From contig NW_027117343.1 of assembly GCF_038025025.1 (NCBI RefSeq), forward strand, positions 496,001-560,000: DNA of 64,000 nt, given 5' to 3'. The translations under genes and the position numbers were made by a program. Under the pieces are notes generated by a model, which worked only from the letters and a program-made list of their open reading frames with translations, was not told where the DNA came from and ran no database searches. Shown piece by piece: positions 13,615 to 23,891 of this stretch (its first letter is position 1; each line of letters starts with the position of its first letter). Origin of the DNA: Phyllosticta citribraziliensis. Lineage: Eukaryota.

Positions 13615-14138
13615 TAGCCATAGTCTTGGCCCACTGTTGTCGACGATGAGATTTCCGGGCTACGGAAAATGACTCGAGTGCGGGAATACAGAAAGTCCCG
13701 ATATCAGGAACGGGTGGCGATGATGGGCGTGGTAGGGAGCCGTGAGGGCGAGAACGGAAAATTGGCGGCTGGAAAATTTGGCAGGAGGGTTTCTAAATGA
13801 AGAACACAAAATTGGCAGCAAAATGGATGGGCTTGGTTTCGACGGCGGAAAAAGCGGATTTGATCTTCTACAAAATTGGGGCGCTTGATGGTCACTTGCC
13901 ATTTCATGGAGACAAATGGAATTGGTGGATAGATATCACATCTCAAAATCGAGACATTCATAGAGCACATTTCACTTCACGCCGACTCGCTTATGGCACC
14001 GCACCGCCTGCTCTTGACCTCTCAAACTTTCCAAGCCTCTTCTTCAACCTCTCGTTAACGGCTTCCCACCCAACCAATGGAGGCTCGTCCCGGCGCCAAC
14101 TAAGCGGCAGGCTCTTTGAGTTTCTTGTTTGCCACCAG

Positions 14139-14272
14139 CTCCTCGCTTACCTCTTCAAGCAGCTCCTCGGTCACCTCTTCGCCTCCCTCTTCGCCCACCC
14201 CTTCGCTAACCGCTTCGCCCACATCGTCGCCCACCTCTTCACCTAACTCTTCACCAACCTCTTCAACATCTC
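14139..14272 (+). repeat. Imperfect 12-bp tandem repeat (consensus about CACCTCTTCGCC)
   Basis: About 11 units, for example cacctcttcgcc tccctcttcgcc caccccttcgct aaccgcttcgcc cacatcgtcgcc cacctcttcacc. Confidence 0.65.
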
Positions 14273-14523
14273 ACCACAAGCTTTCTGTCCAGCCTCCGGA
14301 GCTCTGTGGTGCTGAACGAAAGCTCATTGCTGGACCCTCCCTGAGGCTGCGGCATACTCTTTCATCAACTGATCGCCGATCTCTTGACTTGAACTTCACA
14401 ACCGCCTCCAAGATCTCTCATTACCACCTTGTCATCCGCCTGGACACTGGATCGTTCCACCAAATCCATCACGACTTCGCCTCCATTATCCGCTTGACCC
14501 TCGAAGCAGTCACCTGCGTGACT

Positions 14524-15373
14524 ATGGCCGAGGAACTCGACACAGCATGTCTTTGGTCGCGTGATGCTTTCACCGACTTAGAGATTCGTCTTTCGGATTC
14601 TCCGCGTACAAAACCGTTGAAAGCTCACAAAGCAATCCTTTACAGCCGCTCGTCGAAGTTCCGCGAGATTCTGGAGAAGGTTGGACATGCAAAACGCCTT
14701 GAACTGTCGTGCGAATCGGCTAACTATATTCGCAGAACAAGACAGCTACAGAAGTCAGCATCGGTATTCAAGACTTGAACGATAATGTCTGGTATCATCA
14801 AGTCACGAAGATGGATGTTACAGAGCTTCTTGAGGCAGTATACACTGGTACTTTTGCAGCAGAAGAAAGAGATGGGTTTCCACTTGCCTATGAAATCCTC
14901 CGGGCCTATGGCTTCGGACATGTCACGGGCACCCCTCTTTTGCAAGAAGCGGCCGCCAGACGTTTCAAGAACGCGATTTCTACTTTCGAGGAATGTTACA
15001 GAAGTAGGCAAATCCCGGATAACTTCACGTTTCTTCTTCACGCGGCCCAATTGCTATACATAGAGCCTGGTAAGGGCCATTGCCGACTGGACAAGGAGGT
15101 AGACAAGCACGACATTCGGAACTACTTTACCAACCATGGATTTCCGCTCATTGCACGGTACATGTCGCAGGATTGGCTCAAGAGGCTTTTGGAAAAGCAC
15201 CCGGGTTTTGCAGGTAAGTTCTGCCATGCCCGAAGCCCGCCTCAATACTTGGAGCTCAGAAGTAATCCGTTGCAGTCGACTATGCCTTGTTTCTGCAACA
15301 GAAATTCTTGGAGTCTCAACCGAAGCCAGAGCAGGAAGTCGGAACACAGACTGGAGGTCAAGCCCAACCTTGA
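14524..15373 (+). CDS. BTB/POZ-domain protein 4; introns 14680-14735 and 15214-15275
   Basis: RDAFTDLEIRL...LKAHKAILYSRSSKFREILEK|NKTATEVSI...LLEAVYTG...HPGFA|VDYALFLQQKF. Confidence 0.85.
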
Positions 15374-15992
15374 TCACGGAAGCCATGCGCTTGATTACCT
15401 ATGGCGGAAATCAGGGCAGAGTCTTGAGGATGGATTTGCAGGTCTTGTTCCGGCTAACGGAGCCATGGAAAGATTTGCCGTTGAAGCTTCTGGCAACGAA
15501 AAGATCCTCAACGGCAGAGATGCAGCGAGGGATATGGATGCATGAACGCATTATGGGGTAGTCTGGGTCAATTTTCTTCTGAGACCAAAGGTCGGGCCAG
15601 TATAATCAAAATTGCCTTCTAGTAGATTACCGAAAATACTACAGTATGGCTGTACATGGCAAAACGCGCTTTTAAACACCTGCCAGATGATCTGCGTATG
15701 TTCTTCGCACGTCTAACTAGCCACGGGCAAGGCCCAGAAGTAGAAAAGCGCAGAATGTCTCAGTTCAAGCAGCATTCAATCACCCCTGAGATCATCTCTC
15801 CACTCACCTCACGTGCAGTCCCCAAAGGACGTTTTCCTTTGCTTGTGTGTCGTCCTATTTAAACTTCCGTTCTTCCGCCTCCTTGAGATCTCGCTCCTCT
15901 GTCACCCTCACACCCAATCCGCTCAGCATCCTTGCCGCCTTTTCGCTGTTTGAAGAACACCGCAGCTTAGCCAGGCACCTAGCCTCAGAACC

Positions 15993-16971
15993 ATGGCCGC
16001 CCAGATAGACACGGCGCAGCTCTTCATGGACGACAAATTCACTGACGTGGAGATGCTCATTGAAGGTCAATCATATGGAAGAGCTCATAAACTCGTCCTC
16101 TACAATCGCTCGTCAAGATTTCGCGAGATTCTCGAACAGTTAAGGAGATTTTGTATTTGGCAGTTCCATATTCGGGTTCTGCCGGATTGCGCTTACCAAT
16201 GATCTAGGATATTCATGCTCAACATATCGACATGCATTTTCTGAAGCTAGCGCCTCTCAAATCACGACCATGGGTCGCCAGAGGCTTGCTAGAAGCCACT
16301 TACACCGGGAAGCTGGAATCATTCTCAAAACAGAAGCCAAGAATCTACTGCCTAATGATACAGCTGCTCTTCCACAAAATCGGCCATTACGAGAAGTTCT
16401 CTCTCTTGAAACAAGCAGCAGCCAACTGTTTCAAGCAACTCTTCGATGTCATCGATCTGGATAATCAGAAGTATCCCAAGGGGTACGACACACTGGTCAG
16501 TCAGATATACGGAAAAGAAGACGAAAGCCCGATTTTGCCCCCAAAAATCGACGAGCACGGCATCCGAGACTTCTTCAGGGATGATCAGCTCGCAAGCGCG
16601 TGCAAGTATCTTGACCGCCAGAAGACTGAAAAGCTCTTGGAAGAATCTCCAGAATTTGCAGGTAAAGAAGCCGCAATCCAATGAAAAGGTTTGTCTAACA
16701 AGCTGCAGACGATTTCCATGGCTGCTTTGGCTCTGACTTGAGTGCGCTTGTGTGGCGCGAAGACAGCAACGAGAAGCAGAACGAAGAGCATGGCAGCAGC
16801 AAGATGAACGGAGAGAAAAATGACATGAAGGATGAGATGAATGTAAACATGGAGAATGAGGAGAAGGAAAAGAAGGAGAGCGAGGAGAAGAAAAAGAGGG
16901 AAAATGAGGAGAGCAACAACATGGAGAGAGAACAGGATGGCAGGGACGCAAAGAGGCCAAGACTGCAGTGA
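15993..16971 (+). CDS. BTB/POZ-domain protein 5 with acidic/charged tail; intron-1 donor is defective (possible pseudogene); intron 2 at 16662-16708
   Basis: DDKFTDVEML...AHKLVLYNRSSRFREILEQ|DIHAQHIDM...LLEATYTG...SPEFA|DDFH. The expected donor position at 16140 reads TTAAGG rather than GT. Confidence 0.72.
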
Positions 16972-17732
16972 TTGGTGATGATAGCGAAGTTGGGCCCAGA
17001 GACACAACTCTGAGCGGAAAAGCCCAGCGCGACACGATCAGTGAAGGTGCAATGCAGCAGGGCCAGGCTGACGGTCGACACAAGATGCCGCGGATCTGGA
17101 ATGGATTTGGCGTGGCGGGAGGAAGGGCGCATCACGAAAGTCGCCCGGGCGGCAATCGAGCGGCGGGCACGGCAACGGAGTGAGGGCTTGGTTGCTGACT
17201 TCTTTCCTCTCCATCCCATTCTCTTGGAAGAATAGCTCGGATCACTGGATAGTCATTTGGAATTCAAAGGAGAGCCCTGGAGATGCTTGCTGCGACGTGT
17301 TAGCCCGCATGGGCGCGAATCTGCCGTGACGTACCTTGAGAAGATGTCTTGACAAACAATAGATTGACAGTGCTGAGACATACAGAGCGAACAAAGGGAA
17401 TCAAAACACAATGCAACAAACAAATGGAAGAAACACGGAGGCAAACAATGTCCTAGTCACAAACCGCATGCCGCGGAGCGCAACAAAGCTTCCAGAAGCA
17501 GACAAGCACAAGGAGCGGTGCGAACAGCAGCAATGACGAGACATCAGACAACCAGCCCCAGCAGCACCTTGAAACACAGACATTCCCCATGTTCCAGCCT
17601 GAATCGCAGCATCGTCCCAGACTGTGGAGCAAAGGACCGATTTGGAAACGCTATATAGACCACGCGGTCAACAAACAGGCGCTCCAATCTTCAACCTACC
17701 AGCGATTACCAGAGAAAGAAAACAAGAGCGCC

Positions 17733-18368
17733 ATGTCCTCACCAGACCTTTTCGCCGACGCAAGCAGCCAGGAGCTGCACTCCATCATCTACCGCCTGCT
17801 CCAGCAGCATCGCAGGAACGGCGACCGCCTGCGCAGCATAGCCGTCCGCTACCACAACACCCACCCGGACGCGCGGCTTGATAAGTCCATACCTAAGGAC
17901 CTGCGGGCAGAAGCGTTCGCCAGATTCTGCCCCAGCAGGACCAGCCAAGCCACACCATCCAGCCCCGACATCGAAGACGGGCAAGCTGTGCTGGAAAAAG
18001 CACGAGGCATGCTCCGCGCCGACCCGGACAGCGCTGCCAACCTGCGCCGCGCACGGCAGATGCTCAGAAAAGGCGCAGTGCCGCTCGTCGACGCGTGCGC
18101 GGCGGTCGACAGGCTCGACGCGGCGACGGCCATGGTGGAAGCGGTTGCGGCGGAGCGGTGGCGCCGGGGGTTGGATAGAGAAGTGGGACAAGAGCTGCTG
18201 GAAACGGCGTTGGATTGGGCGTGGAAGTATGCGACGACGTTGCCAGAGGTGCGCGCTGCGTTGCGGCTGGGCAGAGGGCGGAGACAGATTGTGGTGGCTT
18301 TGTTTTATTCGAGACAGGTCCGTTGTGGGTTGTCTGAGTGCGGTTTGGCGCATCGATTTGGGCGGTGA
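17733..18368 (+). CDS. Hypothetical helical protein (3' end uncertain)
   Basis: Long GC3-rich ORF from GCCATG (MSSPDLFADAS...); no recognisable domain. Confidence 0.45.
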   Translation: MSSPDLFADASSQELHSIIYRLLQQHRRNGDRLRSIAVRYHNTHPDARLDKSIPKDLRAEAFARFCPSRTSQATPSSPDIEDGQAVLEKARGMLRADPDSAANLRRARQMLRKGAVPLVDACAAVDRLDAATAMVEAVAAERWRRGLDREVGQELLETALDWAWKYATTLPEVRAALRLGRGRRQIVVALFYSRQVRCGLSECGLAHRFGR

Positions 18369-19667
18369 GGTGGAGCAAGGAGCTGCTGGAGGATCTCGCG
18401 CGTAGAGTGTGAAGGCTTGGTATCGAGTTGCTTGGAATGGATGGTTTGGCGTGCTCAGATCCTGCATGTGGATTCCCTTGTGTTGGGGTCTTCAGACAAG
18501 TGTCTTTGGTGTCACAGTGGGTGTCGAAAGAATTGGCAATCCTTCGGTGCGGCCATGAGCGGATGAAAGCTCGCAAGCAACTGTGGCATTGAAAGAATGC
18601 CTCTTGGGTGCAGCCGCAGCTCCACGAGCCACCAAATTTTTTAATTTTTTTTCGACTCCCACAGTAGTGTCAGACTTGGTGGCTCCAGATGTTTTTTCCG
18701 CTGAAGTATTTTTCGATCAAGTCTGGAATGTAAAGGTTCTGGAAACAATAGAACCTACATATCAAACCTACCTTGCCCGCAGTGGGTGCAGGATCAAACG
18801 GACAACAGTTGAGAGGGAAGAAATGCGCTGGAAACCGTGGGACTCCCTACAGACGGAGAGCCCTGATACCTCCTCGGAGGGTCAGGCAGAGGCAAAGCTC
18901 GACACTTGACTGGAATCGGGATGTATCGAAGTTGCGCTTAGGATGCGCTGCTTTGAGAATCATAGACGAGAAGTGTTCAGACACTTCTATAACGGACAAA
19001 CGACAAGTCCCTGTTGCGAGCACAACGAGTCTTCGAATCAAAGGATGCCGATATACCACTGCTGCCGCATGAGGACATCGAAGCTGCCCGGTGCTATTTT
19101 GCCCTTGGAAAGAGAACGAGATGGCCCGATGCGTGGAAAGTTTTCGAGGGAGTGTTCTCGTGTAGGAGAAGAATTGGAAAATTGTCCAAGTCGACGAAGA
19201 GCCTCAATAGATACGGCGGCGGTCTTCACACAAGGTCGGAGTTCATGACGGAGACGAAGATGTATTTGCTGCTGACCTGTTGAAGCCAACAGAGAAACTC
19301 AAGTTAGCAGGAACAAAGCTTGGGGAAGACGAAAACAGGGAAGCTGGCACTCGATCCGCTCCGCAAAGAGCCTCACTCGCTACTCCGAAGGATATCCAAG
19401 CAAAGCAGAGACAGAAAAAGATGAAGCTCTTGTGTAGGTCGATGGAATGCGGAGGATGTCGTCATGTCAGAGCGGCAACCACATTTGACAGAACAGGAGC
19501 TCGGGCTCGGGGGCGGTGAGAGAGGCCAAACAACCGCGGAGGTCATGGCCTGGCGCTACTCTGGTCCAACCCGTCTCCCGTCTCCATTCGACATCCACAA
19601 CAGCTCTCAGGACCGACATTGTCTTGCCTCTCCCTCTTCCAAGCCTCCTCGACCCTGCCGCCGCATA

Positions 19668-21117
19668 ATGGATCGCGCATTGGACGACGTCATCTCCGAT
19701 CGGCAGGTGAGCGCTCGAATGTCCTTTTCTGGCAGAATGAACCGTCTTGGCTGACTGCTGGACAACAGAGACCCGGGCCCAGACGCGGACGTGGTAGAGG
19801 CCGTCCTGCTGACGACTACCCTCGAGACGGCGTTAGAAAGGTACTCGACTCGGCCCCTTGTCGACAAGCTCCGCCGCTGACTTGGCCAGGTTTTACCTCC
19901 TCCCTCCTAAACCCATGGCGCGCCGCAACCGCAACGATCCGGAACATACCTCAGAACTCGATTCTTCGCAATTGAGCGTGGATCCGCTGTTCGCCGATGA
20001 TACTGTGTTCAGGCAGCCATGGTACCTGTGAGACCTCTGCTAATCTAGACGCCTCTCTGCAATGACAGACGAGCCAGAGAGACGACTCCAGGAATCTCGA
20101 ACGGTAGGCTGAAATGATAGTTGCTGGCAGGAATGGGCGCTGACAGATGGCAGTGATTGGGTCCACGACCGCTTCGAAGACGACGAACGTATGTTTGCCT
20201 GGCATCCTTCCACGACAGCATACTGACACCCTCAAGCCCGCCAAGCGTCCCACGGTCGCGGCCAGCGCTCCGAACGACTTTCCCGTCGTAGTCCTGATGT
20301 CGAAAGGTAAACCATACAGCCCTTGACTACCGGCTTTTTGTTAACAAACGACAGAGAATCCGGCTACAAGATAAGGGTGGAAAACTTGCACTACGAATTG
20401 ACCGAGGACGACATTTGCGTATGTCCGTGTCCACCTCGTTTTGGTATCTTTCCTAACGCCTTGCAGGAGCTCTTTGAGCGCATCGGCCCCGTAGAAAATG
20501 CCCGTCTGATGTATGACCGCCACGACCGCAGCGAAGGCGTTGCTTACGTCACCTACCGCACCCTGGCGGACGCCCGAGTGGCCTGCCGCGAGTATGATGG
20601 CGCAAACGCACATGGCCAACCCATCCGGCTCAGTATTGTTCCACCTGGCCCTGCGCCGCGCCGTAATCCCTTCGACACTGCGCAACGTCCGAGCCGCAGC
20701 CTCTTTGACCGCATTGAATCTCGCGACCGGAGCCTCAGTCCTGAAAGGGGTCACCGGAGCGACGTGACGAAACCCCCGCCTGCTGGTATTGATCGCTATG
20801 TTCCAGGTGAGAGTTCTGGAAGAAGACGCTCTCCTCCTCCCCCTCGCCGTCGCGGTGGCGGACGTGAACCAGGCCGTAGACCCGGAGAGAGGAGGGGCGG
20901 CGGACGCGGTGGCAGGTCGAGAGGCGACGATGATGGCAGGCCCGCGGTCCAGGGCAGGCCGAGAAAGACCCAGGACGAGCTCGATGCGGAGATGGAAGAT
21001 TATTGGGGTGTTGGTCATGACGGAGCCGCTGATGCCCCCGTCAACGGCAGCGGAGAGGTTCAAAGTGCGCCGGCCAATCCTGCCATCAACGACGACATAG
21101 AGATGGAGGTTGAGTGA
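19668..21117 (+). CDS. ALYREF/Yra1/THOC4-like RRM RNA-binding protein with C-terminal FoP/UBM-type motif; multi-exon
   Basis: N-terminal MDRALDDVI, then DWVHDRFEDD, RRM KIRVENLHYELTEDD...DRHDRSEGVAYVTY, an RGG region, and C-terminal RPRKTQDELDAEMEDYW. Confidence 0.85.
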
Positions 21118-21498
21118 TGCGCTGCAGAAAGGGCGAGTCTGCTTGCAGTCTCATCTATCTGAAGGTTGGACGTTAGTAGGGATGTGGGTCAGCAGCACAA
21201 AAGTCTGTAATCTGGCGCTGGATTTGACTGTCAGTTGCAAACCAGCCGATTTCTTTCCTCTCATTCCAGTACCTGTCCAGGCGCATCACGCGGTCACGTG
21301 GTTTGATCGCGTCTTCCATACTCTCGTGTGTTTTGAATTCACAGCACTGCTTTGCTTTCCCTCCACCTTACAGCTAGCTCCATGCTATGCCGTGATTTTG
21401 CGCATTCTCTACTGCCCTGAGCAAACTCCTCAACCCAACTCAGCTCCACCCTTCTCTTCACTCAATCATCTACATCCAAGCAGTACTACCCAGCCAAC

Positions 21499-22599
21499 AT
21501 GTCGGACTCGTCAGACGCAGCTGAGCAGCTTGACCCAACACAGCGCCCTGGAGCTTGGGACTACCTGCTGTTTTCCGAGCTGGTAAGCACCTCTGCTCAC
21601 TTCAGACTTCCTAGACTAACCATCCCTCTACAGATCAACCTCTGCCTCTACTTTCCCACGCTGGCAGAGCTCAAATACATCCCTCCTAATGAAGACGTTC
21701 CTGCCTCCCCCGACCGCTTCCTCTTCCATGACGAGCAAGACGCCGTCCTCAAGATCAAGAGCGACAGCTGGTTCATGGACGTGGGCCTCTGGATGCCCGC
21801 CGACGCGCACGACTGCTCCCAAGCCGGCGACATGGATGACGACACGCACGACTGCTCCCAGCCTGGCCACGCAGGTGAACTAGACGGAGCGCACGAAAGC
21901 TCCCAAGCCAGCACCATTGACGACGAGGATGGCGCAGCGGACGACTGCTCCCAGGCCGGCAGTGAGTGGGCCACGGCCTCGAATGCTCCCTCATCCAGCT
22001 TCTTTGGCGCGCCCTCCTCCCCCAGCGCCCTCGCCCTCCCCGACGCCGCCAGCACTGCTCTGCACTGGCACGCCATCACCACCCACGCTGCCCGCCTGCG
22101 CGCCGTCTATGCGCGCAACCTGCCCTCCGGCCTGTCTGCCCTGCCCCTCGCTACCTGGAGCGCTGCCGACATGCTGCGTGCTGCCCTCGTCGGCGTGTTC
22201 CGCGTCTTCTCGCGCATCGCGCGCTACCTGTCTGCCATCTTTGACGCTGCGGACTGGAGCGGCGCTATGCTTGGTGTCATGGTGCGCAGGGCACGTGCGG
22301 CCGCGTGCCAGGAGCATTCGAGCGCAACTGCCGGCGCGAAGGCGCTTGCTGAGTCGACGTTGGGACGGGTCTTGGTGCTCTGTTGTCCGTGGCGCGAGGA
22401 CGAGATGAAGAGGGGCTGGGTTGCTGTTGTGGTGGGCTGGATCAGCATGTTGGCAGACCATCAGAGGCAGTTTGAAGAGCAAGACGAAGGTCAAGAGGGA
22501 GACGCGGCAGCCGAGGACAAGGCTGTGGATGAAGAAGGCGGCTTGGTGAAGGGAGACGCGGCCGTGGACGAGAGCGAGTACTTTTCCTGCGAAGACTAG
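21499..22599 (+). CDS. Hypothetical protein with four internal (H/D)(D/E)(C/S)SQ(A/P) repeats; in-frame intron 21583-21633
   Basis: 366-codon ORF, strong GC3 bias, and a GTAAGC...CTAAC...CAG intron of 51 nt. Confidence 0.65.
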   Translation: MSDSSDAAEQLDPTQRPGAWDYLLFSELVSTSAHFRLPRLTIPLQINLCLYFPTLAELKYIPPNEDVPASPDRFLFHDEQDAVLKIKSDSWFMDVGLWMPADAHDCSQAGDMDDDTHDCSQPGHAGELDGAHESSQASTIDDEDGAADDCSQAGSEWATASNAPSSSFFGAPSSPSALALPDAASTALHWHAITTHAARLRAVYARNLPSGLSALPLATWSAADMLRAALVGVFRVFSRIARYLSAIFDAADWSGAMLGVMVRRARAAACQEHSSATAGAKALAESTLGRVLVLCCPWREDEMKRGWVAVVVGWISMLADHQRQFEEQDEGQEGDAAAEDKAVDEEGGLVKGDAAVDESEYFSCED

Positions 22600-22739
22600 G
22601 ACGACTTCAAGTCAAAGGTGTGGACGGACTTCTGAACAGCCTCTCACAAGCAAAGGCAAACTACAGTATGCTGACTTTCAGCCAATTGAAGATTCTGAAA
22701 GGGTATCATTATGCTTATTATTTATGCTTGTTGTCCGTC

Positions 22740-23891
22740 CTACCGCCACAAACCATACGGGCCTGTGGTAAACTTCCACAGCTTGATGGTGCCATCCTCG
22801 CTGCCCGTGGCATACAGCTTGCCGTCGGGAGAAAACATGGTCGTCCAGACGGGACCATGGTGACCCTTGCCAACCTCTGTCGTTGCGTTAGTACAGTTCC
22901 AGCGTGCCAAAAGGTCAAGTCTTACCGAGGCATTGTTCGGTTTCAAAGTCAAACACACGAACCCAAGTGTCGCCGCTGCTACCAGCGACAAATTTGCCCT
23001 GTCCGCTGTGAAGAGCGACGCTGGCCAAGTCGTAGTCCGTCTTGATGCTCTTGATCAACCGGGCCGGCTGCCTTGCTTCGAAGAAGTACGCCGTTTTACC
23101 GGCGGCTACGCTCAGAATTCCACCTCCAGAGCCGCCATCGGCGCTGATGTTGTCCAACTCACAGCTGCCCAACGTGCCCTCCACTGTGTATTCGCCAATG
23201 GTGCTTTGCGTCCTCAAATCCCACCACCTGATTCTCTTGTCTTCCGACGCCGTGATCAAAATGTTGGGGTCATTTCCCCACACAATCGACTTGATGGATC
23301 CTTGGTGGGCGCCAGCGCCAATCTCGTAGCTCGGAGTTGGCGAGCTTCCATTCACGCCAGTCGGCGAGGAGCTGGCGCTGCCGCGGGACAGGTCAAAGAT
23401 ACGGAGTTTCTTGTCCTGGCTGCCCGTTGCGAGAATCTGCGGGTGAGGCTGGTTCGGGAATGCGACGGCTCGAACAATGTGGGGGTGGTCGAGCGTGTGG
23501 AGCGCTTCTCCGGTTTGCGTGTCCCACACCTTGGCGGAAAAGTCGGCGGAGCCTGTGGCGGCGAGGGTGGCATCGGCGGAGAGGCGAGCTGACCAGACGG
23601 CGCCCTTGTGGCCGAGAAAGGTTCCTATCCAGTCGCCGGTCACACCATTCCGCAGCATGGGATTGTTATCTTTCTTTCATCAGCTCAAAACTTGACATGT
23701 CCAAGACGACCGCACCTTTGCATGCCGATATGAGGTAGTATTGGTCGTCATGGTCGACCGAGGAGAAGCTTATGTGGGTGATGGGACGAGAGTGACCGTG
23801 GCAGGTCAAAGGTACTACTTTGACGGTTTCTGCTGAACATGTGAGCTAGGGTAGAGGCAAGATTGGTGCTTGCACACGTACCAGTCGTCAT
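22740..23891 (-). CDS. STRAP/UNRIP-like WD40 protein (serine-threonine kinase receptor-associated protein); about 4 exons
   Basis: [57 protein letters not shown]...[20 protein letters not shown]. Confidence 0.9.

Noticed and set aside
18583..19290. Short overlapping ORFs that might be a gene remnant
   Set aside because: Could not assemble a supported gene model or recognise a family.
19990..20120. Possible intronic C/D box snoRNA in the RRM gene
   Set aside because: No canonical RTGATGA box or terminal stem, and the region is better explained by exons and splice sites.
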